Shown here: one piece after another, positions 98,071 through 114,329 of the stretch | Numbering within the stretch: the first letter of the stretch is position 1 | How the letters are laid out: each line of letters begins with the position of its first letter | DNA from: Octopus vulgaris | Taxonomy: Eukaryota | Reading direction: 5' to 3' | DNA: 248,000 nucleotides | NCBI GenBank assembly: GCA_951406725.2 | Contig: OX597817.1 | Coordinates: forward strand, 87,812,001 to 88,060,000 | Translations under genes and position numbers: made by a program | Notes under the pieces: generated by a model | The model's input: the letters and a program-made list of their open reading frames with translations, nothing else | The model's database searches: none | What the model was told of the DNA's origin: nothing

Positions 98071-99463
98071 GACTTAGTTGCCAGTCCATGTATGTATGTA
98101 TCCAGGCATGTATGTATATGTGTGTGTGTGCATGCGTTACTGTCTCCTTGCATTGATATCACATGCTAGTTGCCACCATAATGCAAGTGGTGTCTTTCAT
98201 TTCCAATATTCTGTGAAAATCATGTCTGGCCATGGGGATATTACCTTACTTAGAAACAAGGGCATCCATCTGTAGAAAATCTGCCTCAACAAATTCCATC
98301 CTATCTATGCAAGCATGGAAAAGTTGACATTAAAATGATGATGGTAGTATATATTTCATCTATAAGTAGCATTTTTAATATGTTATCATCATCATTGTTT
98401 AATGCCCATGTTTCCATACATCAGACCGTTTTTTTTCAGGCAGATTTTCTACAGCCAAATGCCCTTCTTGTGGCCAACCCTCATCTTTTTTCAAGCAAAG
98501 TAATATTCCCCATGATTAGATATGTTTTCATGGAAGGTTGGAAACAAATGACATGACTTGCTTGACGGTGACACATGTTTACAACAATCATATGATGTCA
98601 AAACAAAGAGACAGTAACATACAAACATACATGCATGTGTATGTGTGATGGGCTTCTTTCAGTCTTCATCTCAAATCCACTCACAAAGCTTTGGTCATTC
98701 AGGGCTGTAATAGAAGATGCTTGCCCAAGGTGCCATATCTTTCAACATCAGTTGAGCTCTTCAGTCATCCATATTTTATCCGCTTTAAACGATTTTTTAA
98801 TGTGTAGTCAGGATAGGAAGTGGAGAGCCCATAGCCTTTTCTTAGAGTATCTGCGACTGGTGGAAGGAAGGAAAGGAGGAAGTTTATCCTTGGACCACAC
98901 TCTTGTCAACCAAGTGAAAATACTTCCCTGCCAAATGTTTCCTTTACTTTTACAATTAACCAAGATTCCATAGACTTGTCATCTTTTATCTTTTATTTGT
99001 TTCAGTTGTTAGACTGCAGACATGGTGGGGCACTGCCTTGAAGACATTTTGATCAAATGAATCAACCCCAGTCCTTTTTTTTTCTCTTCTTTTTCATCCT
99101 AGTACTTATTCCACCAGATTCTTTTGCCAAGCTGCTAAGTTACGGGAATTTAAACACACCAACATCAGTTAAGTGGTGGGGTGGAGGGGACAAACACACA
99201 CATACACATACACACACACATACACACACATGCATATATTAAAGGCTTCTTTTAGTTTCCTTCTACCAAATCCACTCACAAGGCTTTGGTCGGCCTGAGG
99301 CTATAGTAGAAGACACTTGCACAAGGTGCAATGCAGTAGGGCTGAACCCAGAACCATGTGATTTGGGAAGCAAATGTCTTACTACTAAATAAATAATTCC
99401 ATGTATGTCCCAGTTAAATGTTGCTTCTCTTTTTCATCTTGTGATGTTTATATATTTTGCTAG

Positions 99464-99582
99464 GATTTATCAAGAATCTCTTAGAAGACACTTGGACAAC
99501 ATTGGAGTGTGGCACATCTGATATACCACCCACAACCCCTAAACAGTGGAGCACTGATGTCATTGACAGAACTAGTCACAAG
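99464..99582 (+). CDS. TBC1D32: TBC1D32 exon
   Basis: tgctag/gtaatg; FIKNLLEDTWTTLECGTSDIPPTTPKQWSTDVIDRTSHK; phase 1-0. Confidence 0.9.
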
Positions 99583-101552
99583 GTAATGATACTTAATTCT
99601 TTCTATTACTTGCTTCTGTTATTTGATTGTGGCCATGCTGGAGCACCACCTTAAAGAGTTTTATTTAGTTGAAGAAATTGACCCCTGGACTTATTCTTTG
99701 TAAGCCTAGTACTTAATCTATCAGTTATGGGACATAAATACACCATCATCAGTTGTCAAGTGATGATGGTGGGGACAAACACAAACACAAAGACACACAC
99801 ATACATACATATATATATATGACTGGCTGTGTGGTAAGTAGCTTGCTTACCAACCACATGGTTCTGGGTTCAGTCCCACTGCATGGCATCTTGAGCAAGT
99901 GTCTTCTGTTATAGCCTCGGGCCGACCAAAGCCTTGTGAGTGGATTTGATAGACGGAAACTGAAAGAAGCCTATTGTATATATGTGTATATATATATATA
100001 TATGTATGTGTGTGTATATGTTTGTGTATCTGTGTTTGTCGCCCCAGCATCGCTTGACAACCGATGCTGGTGTGTTTATGTCCCCGTAACTTAGCAGTTT
100101 GGCAAAAGAGACTAAGTCCTGGGGTTGATTTGCTTGACTAAAGGTGGTGCTCCAGCAGGGTTGCAGACAAATGACTGAAACAAGTAAAAGAGTAAGAGTA
100201 ATATATATATATATATATATATGATGGGCTTCTTTCAGTTTCTGTCTACCAAATCCACTCACCAGGCTTAGATCAGCCTGAGGCTATAGTAGAAGACACT
100301 TGCCCAAGGTGTCACACAGTGGGACTGAACCCAGAACTATGTGGTTGAGATGCAAGCTTCTTATCATACCACCACGCCTGCACCTAAATGTCAATAATAA
100401 ACTTGACTCAAGGTGGCAAGCTGGCAGAATTGTTAGCTTGCCAGGCAAAATGCTTCACAATATTTTGCTTATCTTTACGTTCTGAGTTCAAATTCCACTG
100501 AGATTGACTTTGCCTTTCATACTTTGGGGTCGATAAAGTTGAGGATTTGGGTTGACTTACTCACTCCCCCAAACTTGCTGGCTTTGTGCCAAAATTGGAA
100601 ATCAATAATATACTTCACAACATTGTCTTCTACTTCAGACAAGAAAATATTGGATGATAATCACACAAAATATTCATCTGCTACTAACATCACTGGTAAG
100701 CAAGGCACAGGTGTAGCTGTGTGGTTAAGAAGTTTGCTTCCCAACCACATGGTTTCTGGTTCAGTCCCACACCATGGCAAATTGGGCAAGTGTCTTCTAC
100801 TCTAGCCCCCCCCCCCCCAACTCCCAGGTCAACCCAAAGCCTTGCACGTCGATTTGGTAGACAGAAACTGAAAACAGCCTAACACATACACACACACACA
100901 CACATGCATGCACGCACACACCCTATCTGTCTCTCTTTATCTGTCTGTCCGTTTATCCATCTATTTATCTATCTATCAGTCGGTCAACTGTCTGTCTGTC
101001 TGTCTCTCTCTCTCCCACACACATTATTATTATTATTGTTTACTATTACCCATGTCTTATTTCTCACTCCATAAGTTCACACACACACTCTATCTACCAG
101101 TCAGTTTGTTGGCCTCTCTCTCTCTCTCTCTATCATATTATTATTATTGCAGCTATTATCCATGTCTTATTTCTCACTCCATAATTTCATGCGCGCATGC
101201 ATACACATACACATGTGTGTGCATGTTTGCATGTGTGTGTGTGTGTGTGTGTGTTTGCGCACGTGTGTGTGTTTGTATCTCCTTATCTTGATGTAGCATG
101301 ATAGTTGTAAATGAATGTCACTGTTACACAAGCAGTGTCATTTCACCTCCAATATTCTGCAAGAACATATTTGGGCATGGGGTAAATAGTACTTTGCTTA
101401 GAAACAGGTAAAGGTTGGCAACAGGAAGAGCATCCAGCCATAGAAAATCTGCCTCAATAAACTCATTCTGAGCATGAAAAGTTGACACGAAAACAATGAC
101501 GATGATGATGATGATGGTAACTTCCACCTCTACCATTACCACAACTATTATT

Positions 101553-101587
<35 letters not shown>

Positions 101588-104187
101588 AATGAATACCTAA
101601 TACTGTCAGTGCTACCATCATTTTCATAATAATCACCTCCACATCAACCACCAACACTATCACCATCACTACCACCATCATCATCAATGCTATACTAAGT
101701 TAACTGAGCCAAAGTTCTTTTATTCTTTCATTCTTTTATTTGTTTCAGTCATTTGACTGTGGCCATCCTGGAGCACTACCTTTAGTCAAGCAAATCGACG
101801 CTAGGACTTATTCTTTGTAAGCCTAGTACTTATTCTATTGGTCTCTCTTACCGAACTGCTAACTGACGGGGATGTAAACACACCAGCATCGGTTGTCAAG
101901 CGATGTTGGGGGGACAAACACAGACACACAAACACACATACACATATATATATATACGACGGGCTTCTTTCAGTTTCCATCTACCAAATTCACTCACAAG
102001 GCTTTGATCGGCCCGAGGCAATAATAGAAGACACTTGCCCATGGTGCCACACAGTGGGATTGAACCCGGAACCATGTGGTTGGTTCTTATTCTTCTCACT
102101 GCATTGTTTCACTTGCAAAGACACTTAGCTTCCAATGGTAATATCTACATCTGTTTTTGTTGTTGTTGTCATCACCGGTATGGTAGTGGTGGTGGTGATA
102201 GTCATCATCATCATTGTTGTGGTGATGGTGGTCTTCTTCATTGTTGTAGTAGTGGTGGTAACCATCGTCATTATTGTTGTAGTAGTGGTAGTGGCCATCG
102301 TGCTCAATGTCATCATCATTATTATCATCATTGTCTTTGTTGTTGCTTAGCCCGTTTAACCTTGGTCAGATACATCCGTGATCAAAAACACTCATACCAC
102401 AGGTACTCTATCTTTTTAAGGCAGTCTAGGACTACCATATCCTCATGTGTCCTTTCCTTATTTAAGATAGTTGGATGTTGTTCACAAGCTTGATTGTTAT
102501 TTCTTCTTCTTCTTCTTCTTCTTCTTCTTCTTCTTCTTCTTCTTCTTCTTCTTCTTCTCCACCTCCTCCTCCTCCTCATCCTCATCCTCCTCCTCCTCTG
102601 CCAAGAATTCACAGCATCCTTGAACCCACAAAAAAGACAGAGACAGGCAGAAACAAGGAAAATGCCCCTTGTATTTGAATACTATGCAAATATTCTTTTA
102701 AAAACTTTTCATTTAATTTTTCCATAATTTAATTGTTTTTCATACTTACAGTTGAAAAAGTCTCAATGACTGAAACTGGTACTGAAATGTTTTTTATAAA
102801 AATATTTTAGCATTTCTACCTTGACTTTTTTCCTATATATATATATATATATATATATATACGGAGCAAATAATTCACGAAGAATAATTTGCAAAGATAC
102901 CATTGACTCTGTTATTATCATTTAAAAATGATAATAACAGAATCAATAATATAGGTGATTGCAGGACCCGCCAAAAAAGCATTAAATAATTGAAGGATTA
103001 AAATTAATCAAAAGACATAGTAAGTATGTCTGACTGCTGGAAATAACAGTCAAAACTCTTATTTAAATCCCAAAAATACACTGATAATAACTACAGAAAT
103101 CAACTGCCCAAAGGTATATGGGCTAAGACATTCTTTCAGCATAGTATTTGGACTCACGTGGACTGGTTTCTGGACTGGCATAATAGCCTAACCTTCCTCA
103201 GCACACGTTACCATGATAGAGCGCCCCAACCTGTTGTGTCAAAGTCTGTGCTGCGACTGATTCATTTTGCACTGAAATCATGGCAGCCACCAGTGTGAAA
103301 ATATATATATATAGCACATGATCACGTGACCAACCAGACCATCAGATGTTGCTACACATCGCTGGTCACAATGTGTTCGCATTGTTTTAGCCTTCGAAGG
103401 ATTCCACCCCACTGGCTAAGTGAGCAGGCCAACATATATATATATATATATATATGGAGAGAGAGAGAGTGAGAGTGAGAGGTATGAAAGTTAAGATCCA
103501 AGGAAATGATATATGATATATTGTCAATGTAGCAGATGTTGTTTATGTAAGGTAGTATTTAGACATTAACATTAAATGTGTCACACCATTATAGATGTAT
103601 ATAGATTACCACAAGTACTCAAGCCAGCAAGGGAGCCATTCAATAGTGTCACCAGACTTGCTAAAGCAGCAGTCAATTTTTCTCTCATATCACACCCTAC
103701 CACCTTTTATCTTTTAACTTGTTTCAGTAATTGGACTGTGGCCATGCTGGAGTACTGCCTTGATGAGGTCTTCGTTGAGCAAATTGACACCCAGTACATA
103801 ACATTTTTTAAAGCCTGGTACTGATTCTATCAGTTTCTTTTGCTGAACTGCTAATTTACAGGGATGTATACAAACCAACACCAGTTGTCAAGCAGTGGTG
103901 GATGACAAAGTCACACACACAAATACATATATAACTGTCTGACTGACTGGCATTTCATCAGTTATGACAAGGGTTCCAGTCAACGGAACAGCTGCTCGTG
104001 AAATTAATGTGCATGTGGCTGAGCACTCCACAGACATGTGTACCCTTAATTTAGTTCTCAAGGAGATTCAGCATGACATAAATTGTAGAGTGTCTTGCTC
104101 AAGAACACTAAGCATTGCTGGGAATTGAACTCATGACTTTATGATTGTGAACCAAATACCCTAACTACCAAGCCACATGCCTTACAC

Positions 104188-104233
<46 letters not shown>

Positions 104234-105337
104234 TGTATATATACATATTGCGATCCTAAAACCAAGGTGCCATGTAAAATGCATTGGTGTGAGTGCTGGT
104301 GCCATGTAAAAAGCACTGGTGACAGTTGGCATTAGGAAGGGCATCCATCCATAGAAGCCTAGCCAAAACAGACTAGGGAACCTCATGCAGCCCCTAACCT
104401 TGCCAGTTTCCATCTACCAAAGGTGGGTGAGAAGCAAGTTTCTTATCACACAGCAAAGTCACAAAAAGAAAAGTGTGACATATTTCATGATGTGATCTTA
104501 GATACATTTATCATCATCATCATCATCATCATCATCATTTAACATTCATGTTCCATGCTGGCTTGGGTTGGACTTTATGTCTTTAAAAAAAAGTGGTTTA
104601 GAATCATTACTGGGACACACTTTTTACCAAGGTCTGTTCAATGAAGTCTGACTTAGGGCAAAGCAACTATGACTACCACTACTGCTGCCACCACCACCAC
104701 TGCTTCTACTACTACTGCTACTACTACTACTACTAGTCTTATTATGCAGCCAAGTCTCTTTGCATTATGATTAGTATGCGTTCACCCCATCTTGTTTCAT
104801 TCAGATAGATTTCCCCCTCATGTTTCCTGGCGGAAATCCAGCAATATCAAATTACTGAGTCTCTAGAGGGACGGAGATAATGGGTGACAGGATTAATCAG
104901 AACGTGTGTATATGTGTGTTATGTTGTACATGTGTTATAGGTTGTGTATATGTGTGTGTGTATGTGTGTGTGCGTGTCTGTTCTGTACAGGTGTGAATGT
105001 ATGTGTGTGCTGTATTGCATATGTGTTGTATGTTGTGTGCATGTTGCATCTGTTGTGTCTGTTAAGTTTGTGTGTATGTATGTGCATGATTACGTATGGT
105101 ATGTGTGTGTGTATGTTGTGTGCATGTTTGTGTATGCATGTAAGTTGTCATTGATTAAGTCTATAACATTGCTAAATTCTGTTAAATCCTGTGAAACTAA
105201 TGATTTTTTTCATCCTGTTGCTTTCTCCTTTCATTTTCATTTCCAATTGAACAATGAAGGGATGAGGAGGAAAATTACACACACACACAGATATATACAC
105301 ATATATATATATATATGCATATATACATATATATATG

Positions 105338-105381
<44 letters not shown>

Positions 105382-108300
105382 AGTATATGTATTCTTCATT
105401 GCCATTACCCAACATATTGCATTCTGATATAATTCCAAGCTAAGCTCCCTGCATCATCTAACGGTGTGTAGGACATGTTCAGTCCACACACCCCTCCTCC
105501 TCCTCTTCCTCTTCCACCTTTATAATCACATGGGTGCACGTTTACATATTCTGTTATATTCAATAATCGTTAGTAATTGATGACTGCAGCAGCAGCATCA
105601 TCAACTATCACCGCCACCACTATTCGTGTTACCACCAATACCATCCCCACCACCACCACTACCTGCACTACCACCCACCTTTATTATAACTGACAACACC
105701 ATCAACATTTTAATCATTACTATTAATATTACCACCTGCACTACAACCAACACCACCACCAACAACAGCAACATTATTACCACAACCATCACTGCTACTA
105801 TCACCACCACTATCATCACCTCCTCCACTATCTCCACCACTGCGATTGCTGCTACCACAGCTATCATCATCATCATCATCACCAACACCACCACAATACC
105901 ACCACTGCCACTACACTTCCTTTTTCTTTGTGTTTTATTTTCTAACAAAAGCGAGCTTTTGTGTCTGTTCCAGCAACTTTGGTAGGCGCCATGCCAGACA
106001 TTAGTCTGAATAACAAATCAAAATTATATGAGGATTTATTAAAATTTATTGCTTATCAACATCAAAGAGGAGGAGAGATCAGTAATGTGGGGGGAACAAA
106101 GAAGAGGGTAAGGAAGAGGAATAAATGAGCATTACATCTAGAATATGGAATGGTGTCGTCTGTTACAGTTAAGCCAGTATGGTTGGGGAATCAGTTAGTG
106201 CATCAGTCCAATGCTTAGAGTGCTAAAGAGGGGTCTGTGACTATATCTGCCAGGTATAGGAAATCCAAGGAGGGCCTGTGATTATATTTACCAGACTGGG
106301 CCTGGAGATCCAAAGAGAGCTTGTGATTATATCTACTAAGCAATGCCTAAAGAACTAATAGGGGTTTATGATCATATCTACAAGGTCCCTCTCTAAAATA
106401 GATCCCTTGAATTTTGAGAGGACCTCCATCCTCCCAAGGGCCAAAACAGTCTTTTTCTTCATAACCAATTTCTCTTGGAGTTCCAGCATGTTAGCACTGT
106501 GAAGTAAATGATAAAAAGTAGACCATAATGTTTGCAATTATATCAATAATTCTTTCTACTATAAGCCTGAAATTTTTTTGGAGGGTGCTAGTCAATTTCT
106601 TTGATCCCAGAGCTCAGCTGATGCTTATTTTATCAATACCAAAAGGATGAAAAGCAAAGTCAACCTTGGCAGAATTTGAACTCAAAACGTAAAGACAGAT
106701 GAAATGTTGCTAAGCATTTTATCCAACACTGTAATGATTCTGCCAGCTAACTGCCTTTGTAATTATACCTGTAATAGTTGTAAGTATACAATGGTTAAGG
106801 AGATAAAGCACTGAATCACATAGTTCAAGTGTGTTGTATCTGTCTCTCAAACATCATCACAAATTTAACCCATATATTTAACTAGTTTTTAAGATGGTAG
106901 GTAGTATTTGAGGAAGATTTGGTTGTAATTTTTTGCAAGTGAAGTAACCATGTCATGGCTTCCTTCACATGATTCCTCTTTACATGTCAGAGTATAAAAT
107001 AAAGTCCTCAGTTAAGTGGAGACATGCTGTAACTGGAAAAATGAATCTGTGACTCATACTTTTTTGAGTGACTGTGTGTCAGAGGACTGCTACCCAATAC
107101 AGGTTCACCTGAGACAATCACAACAATATTAACTTCACAAGCACTGGCAATACCATAGAAAATAATCAGTGTTTCTTTATCTTACATGCTCTGAATACAC
107201 TACAGTGGTTTCTCCTGTCACTTGACAGGTTCTTACAGTCACTGCAGTAGCTGTGACATTCCACTTAAATCACTAACACCTTTTTGAGCAAGCTAATATG
107301 ATATTGCTTTATACATTTTGTCAACCTGCAAAAAATAGCAGTCAAATCTTTCTCAAATCCCATCAAAGATGATAATAATGGAGAAACAGGAGAAGAAAGG
107401 TAGGTAACCACAAAGTAAGTTGAAATAGTTCACTCCCCACTTTCCCAGGTATACTGGTATATTACTGGTGCTTGTTCTCATTCTGTAGTTTCAGTTAGTG
107501 TTACTGAAACAGATGAACTGGGTCAGAAATAACCTATTGAATAAAGCAGGTGGTTGACATTTCAAGCTGTAGTTTTTCATTGATGGCTGTACTGCATTAA
107601 GTTTTATTAATTAATCACATATTTATTTTATGATACAATAATGAAGTGCCAATCACTCTAAGTGAATGGAAATTGTGGAAGAGGTTAGATCCAGGAAGAC
107701 AAGGGACAAAGTTCTGAAGGACGACTTCAGGACACTGAACTTTTCAGAGGAGATGACAAAGGACCAAAGCAGAAGTGTTAAGGCCTCTCCCAATGATGAA
107801 GAGGACTGGCTTGCAAGAGCCATGCGCTGGTGCCATGTAAAAAGCACTCATGCTGATGCATGTCGAAAGCACCCAGCATACTGTAAAATAGTTGGCATTA
107901 GGAAAGGCATCCAGTCATAGAAACCAAACCAAGCTAGACTGGAACTTGGTGCAGCACTCTGGCCTACCAGCTTTGGTCAAACCATCCAACCCGTACCAGT
108001 ATGTAAAACAGATGTTAAAGAAGGAGGAGGAGGAATCGCTGTTGTCTTTTTTTTTAGACATCTATGTCATTGACTGTTATATCTTTCTTCTTTTACCCTT
108101 TACTTGTTTCAGTCATTGGACTTTGACCATGCTGGAGCTCTACCTTGGAGGGTTTAGTCAAACAAATCAACCTTAATATTTATGCTTGTTTGTTTTTTTA
108201 AATACTTATTCTATTGTTATCACTAAGTTATAAGGACATAAACAAACCAACACTAGTGGTGGGAGGAATAGAATAAGACACACATATATGTATTATGCAT

Positions 108301-108776
108301 GCACACACATACAACAGGTTTCCACACAGCTTCTATCAGCCAAATTGACTTACAAGGCATTAGTCAGCCTGGGGTGGTGGTAGAAGACACTTGTCTAAGG
108401 TGCCATGCAGCGGAACTGAAACCCAAACCACGTGGTTGAAAAGCAAACATCCTAACCACAACCATTCCTACACCTATGCTGTATGAAGGTTTAGTAATCA
108501 ATTATGTGGTGATATTGTTTCAATAGCTGTAGTCATTCATTGCCACTCATACTGCAATTAGTAGTTATTTGTATTATTTTATGCATGTATCTTACAACTG
108601 GTGAACACGGTGCAGATGTAGCTATGTGGTAAGTTTACTTCCCAACCACGATTCCAAGTTCAGTCCCACTGCATGGCACCTTGGGCAAGCCTCTTCTACT
108701 ATAGCCTCAGGCTGGCCAAAGCCTTGTGAGGGAACTTGGTAAACAGAAAGTGAAAGAAGCCAACCCATTGTGTGTA

Positions 108777-108832
<56 letters not shown>

Positions 108833-111800
108833 CAAAATAAGCAACAGGGATATCTAGAGGTAATGCAGCACAATCATTTCATGCAACTCCATTTAATTGA
108901 AAAATGTAATCATTATATCAATTTAAAATGCAGAGCAATCTTCAGCTGCACAAAGACATAGAATTTAATTAAATTAGAACAGATGGACACATTAGTATAA
109001 TTATACCTAAAATCTCCAAGAAGTTAAGGAGATATATATATATATATATATACAGAAGTGTGTGTGTGTGTGTGTGTGTGTGCGCATGTGTGTGTGTGTT
109101 TGTGTGTGTGTGTGTCCTACTACTTTTTGACAACTGGTGTTGGTGTGTTTGCGTCTCTGTAACTTAGTGGTTTGGTAAAGAGAAAAAAGATTAAAAAAAT
109201 GTAAGTACTAGGCTTAACAAAATAAGTACCGAAGTAAGTTCATTTGACTAAAATGTTCCCTGAGGTGGTGCCCCAGTACAGCTGCAGTGTAATGACTGAA
109301 ACAAGTAAATGATAAAAGATAATAGAATTATTGATTACAATACAGTCCATTTAGTCCAAACACTAGTTCATTTTATTTATTATGATAAAAATGATGAGAT
109401 TATTTGACCATCATAGGTGATATAAATATCACAATAGACACTACGTGATCAGTTTTCTCACTAATAAATATGTACAAATATATATAAGGAACTTCTACAC
109501 AGTTTCTCTCTACCAATTCCTCTCACGTGGTACTTGGTCAACCTTGCATTACAGTTGAAGATACTCAAAGTGCTGCAAAGCTGCATTGAACCTGGGACCT
109601 TGGTAATTATGTTGCTGTTACAAAGACCACATAAAAGCTCCTTCATTTATTTACTTTGTATTTGTTTTATACATAAAGCGATTGTTTAACATAGTTCAGT
109701 CCCATGCTGAAAGTATTCTGACCATGACCATTCATAATGGTGCCCCAGCATGGCCATAGCCTATTGGTTGAAACCAATAACAGAACCCTGTCTAATTTTT
109801 AAGTTTTGTGTGTCTAAGACTACATTATCCAGTATGTTCTCCTCTTTTTAAATATTCAGTGTGATGGGAATTTGGTTGCTATTTCTAACAGATTGACTGA
109901 CCACATAGAGCAGGCATGGGCAACCATTTTTGAGAAGTGGACCACATGAGACATAGTTCATCATCAATACACTGCTAAAAAAATTTAAGGTAACTTTTTG
110001 TTAGGTATACCATTCAGAAAGTCCTGCAGGCTGCAGATTGCCCATGACAGGCAAAAATTTCCTCTTTCCTCTAAAGTAGACATTACAAGGGATTGAACCT
110101 GAGACTATCCATATACTTTTTCAATTTTAGAAAATAATATTTCTAATCAATGAAAAAAATGTATATTAGTTTCATATTTTGAAGTTCAAGACAGATTTTC
110201 ATTCCATAGTTTGGAATCAAAATATTCTCTATGTATTCGTCTAAGAGTATAACTGGTTATTACTGTTACTAATTAGCTCAAACTTGGTTCAGACTTCTAT
110301 CAACATATCAAGGACAGAATGCATGGCAACAGACACATCTAATCTGGACCTCAACTTTAGGATATACAGCAAACCAGTAAAGCAAGTTTCTGAATTCATC
110401 TACCTTGGATACAAACTCTCTTTGTAAAACAATGGAATGATAGCTGTGAACCATGGAATTGAATTTGGTTTGGCAGCCTTTAGTAAGAACAAAATTGTGC
110501 TTACTTCAAAACAAATCCCAAACCACACAAAATCAAGCATCTACAATATCTTTACTCCTCCAGTAGTTTTATATTGTCAAGAATGTGCTAACAGGATCTT
110601 TGTTGTCCTAAAGGAACTGGAAATCTTTCAGAAACATGTAATGCAACACCAAACTCTCAGGCCATGTCAGAATTGAAGATCTAAGGCAAATAACCAAATT
110701 ACCATTAATCTCTGTCATTGAAAATAAAGTATTCAAACTATTTGGCTACACTAAGTGAATGGTTGGTGACATCAGCAAGATCTGTTAAGAAGGTACTATT
110801 AATGGAAAGAGAAACAGAAGTTGGCAATCTAAGAAATGGAAAGATAACATCACAGCATGGACAGGCCTTGACATAGTTTCTCTGAATGCTCTTGCCAAAG
110901 ATTGAATACTATAGCAACAAATATCTCGTGTTGGTGCACATTCTGCCACAGGCAGAGAAAACAGGAAATGATGATGAAGCAGTTTCCTTCAGAATATTAC
111001 AAGACATCTGCCAAATATAAAAAAAAAATACAAGAAGTTGATTTAAGCTGAAATTTTGTTACCAACCAGCTTACGACCAGCCCTAGTTCTATGATACAAT
111101 CTTCTTGTTCTAAAATGATCTGAATAAAAACCTTCCATCAAATTTCATGTTTATTTATGTTTGAAGCACCAGCTTAATAATGCCAGACATTTTCCAAAAT
111201 TCTTCATCATTTTCAAAATAAATTGTAACAAAGGCAGTGTATTTCAATAGAATTACAGTAACAAAAGGGTTTGATAAATTATCCTCTTTTCATAATGACT
111301 AATATAGGCTAACCAATGTTAGATTTATTTTAGTGACAGCAGAAATAGTTTTGATTGTTTTGTTTATTGCAGAGCCAGTCATAGAATGTTGAGAAAAACA
111401 AATATAACTGATCTTAAGCACAATAGAGTTACTGTGAATTTTTTGTCAAATGAATGCTGACCTTTTTACTGTTGAAATAAGATGTATCCACTCAAAATTT
111501 CATTATCCTTATTTGCGGAAAACAGTTTTATATACCAGTCTATCTTTTGTTGAAGAAAGTCATATTTGAAATTATTTTCGTTAAGAGATATGTCTAGTCT
111601 ATTGAGAAAACATGACTTGCAGAAAATAAACAATTCTATTTTTGGTAGAAGTATAACATCATTACTGAAATAACCATGAAATTCAGTTTTGCAGTTAAAA
111701 GGTTAAAGATGTTTAGCAAACATCAACATACATCAGCAAATAAAAGGCAGCAAGTTGGCAGAAATGTTAGCACACTGGGCGAAATGCTTATCAGTATTTC

Positions 111801-113695
111801 ATCTGTCTTTACGTTCTAAGTTCAAATTCCGCTGAGGTCGACTTTGCTTTTCATCCTTCTAGGGTCGATAAATTATGTACCAATTGTGTACTGGGGTAGA
111901 TCTAATTGACTGGGCCCCTCCCCAAAAATTTCAGGCCTTGTGCCTAAAATAGAAAAGAATAATTTGTTTGATTTCCATAAACGAGACCCCATACTCTTGT
112001 TAGATTCATCAGTCCACTGGAGTAATTTTGACTGAGTAAACACACAACAAGGTGTCTCAAAGTACTCTTACAGTGGTTAACCATTTGTATTATGAGCACA
112101 CATCATCAAAAGAGGGAGATATTCTCCAATAATGAAAAACAACAGCAATCAGATATTCATGTTCAAATCTACCAGATCATATTAGCACCATCATCATCAT
112201 CATCATCATCATCATTTAATTTTGCCATCCATGATTGTATGATTTGGACTATTTGACAGGAGTTAGGCAAGCCAGAGAGCTGCACCAGGTTCCATTATCT
112301 GCTTTGGCATAGTTTCTACAGCTGGATGCCCTTCTTAATGCCAACCCCTTTACAGGGGTACTTTTTATGTGGCACCAACACCAGTGGGGTCGCCAAGTAA
112401 CTTGCAAGATGAAGACCTCTCAGCTGGGAAAGGGGGTGGAACTGAGGAAGTGAAGAAAGTAGCTTTGTGCTAGGTGAGAGGGTAGAGTATAAGTGAGGGA
112501 TAGAGATAGGTGTCTTACTGTAGAAAAGATACTTGGCTACCCTATTATCAAAAGAAAGGAGAGATAGAGTTAGAGAGAAAGATACAGAGACAGCTAGAGT
112601 GAGAGAGAGAGAAATAGATGCATCAGGACCTTCTCGTATGTAGCAGATGTATGGTGGCTACTATGAATATGTATGTTAGTGAATTTTGAAGAATTGCTAA
112701 GTAACTGTTATGTAGAGCAGTAAAAGAGACTGACTAGTTTTTGCAAGCTGTATATATTTATATCCAATATAACACCAAGATTGGTTGAAGTACCCTGTTT
112801 AAGAGTATGTAGTATATCCTTTATGGTATTAAATAATTACCTCCACCTTGGTGGAGGTATTGTTTTCAGTTGTGTTTGTTTGATTGTTTATCTGTGGACA
112901 AGATATCTCAAGAACCGTTGGATGGATTCAGATGAAACTTTCAGAGATGTTTCACCTTGTGACTGGCATGAACTGATTAGATTTTGAGATCGAGTCAGTA
113001 CTGGACACGGATTCTGGATTATTTTACCATTTTTTATACTTAATTTTTGAGAGCAGTCTGGTTAATTTTAGTTTGTGAGAACAGTTGAGTTTATTTCAGA
113101 TATTCTCATTTTAAAAATCATCTCTGGCTAATCATTGAGAGGACGTTGATATTGCCTTAGTGGAGGTTTATGCTCTCAGAGTGCTCTTGTTTAATATTTG
113201 TTTTGATATTTATTTGTTAGGGTAAAGGTGGTGAACTGGCAGAATCGTTAGCACACCAGACAAAATTTATAGCAGCATTCCATCTGTCTTTACATTTTGA
113301 GTTCAAATTCTGCCAAAGTTGACATTACCTTTCATCCTTTTGAGATCAATAAAATAAGTGCCAGTTGAGTATTGGGGTCAATGTAATTGACTTACCCCTC
113401 CCCCTAACTTACTGGCCTTGTGCCAAAGTTTGAAACTAATATTTATTTGTTAAGATAAAGGCAGCAAGCTGACAGGATTGTTAGCACTCTGGGCAAAATG
113501 CTTAGCAGCATTTCGTCTATTTTTACTTTCTGGATGAATAAAATAAATACCTATTGAGTGCTGGGATCAATGTAATCAACTTATTCTCTCCCCAAAAATT
113601 GCTGGCCTTGTGCTAAAATTTGAAACCAGTATTCATTTGTTAGGGTACTCCATTTTATGGTATTTAATATGCATTTTTTTTTTTCTATTTTGCAG

Positions 113696-113815
113696 AAACT
113701 GCGTAACCTAATTTCATTGTTGTTTTGCACGGTACCTACTTTTGAATTGTTGGCTGGAGAAAAGCTTCCAAAGAAGGATCAATATGATTTCCGGGAAATC
113801 CCAACAACAATAGCT
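113696..113815 (+). CDS. TBC1D32: TBC1D32 exon
   Basis: ttgcag/gtaagt; KLRNLISLLFCTVPTFELLAGEKLPKKDQYDFREIPTTIA; phase 0-0. Confidence 0.9.
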
Positions 113816-114329
113816 GTAAGTTAAACTTATATCATGATATATATATCACTAATACCAATATATTTTGATATGTACCACTAATATTGGTGTATATGTTGCT
113901 AATCATCATCATCATCATCATCATCATTTTATGTCTATTTTCCATACTGGCATGGATTGAACAATTTGACAAGAGCTGGCTAGCCAGAAACTGCTTTGGC
114001 ATGGCTTCTACAGTTGGATACCTTTCCTAACACCAACCATTTTGTCTTACATATCTTGAGTGCTTTTTGAATCATGGGATCATGGACCATGCTGTGAGAA
114101 CACACGGGAATGGCATTTCCTTACTTTTCCAAATATACCCAAATTTAAAATGATCAAATATAACAATATCATTCATTCGGCATGTGTTGAAATATGCCAA
114201 AACAATTTAATTCCACACAAATATATGTTGCTATACATTTAATTTATGTGTTAATTCTATTTACTGAAACTTGCAAAAAAGCATATTTTGCTTTAAAGTA
114301 GTATCTCTTTGTAGGCACAATTGTCAGTA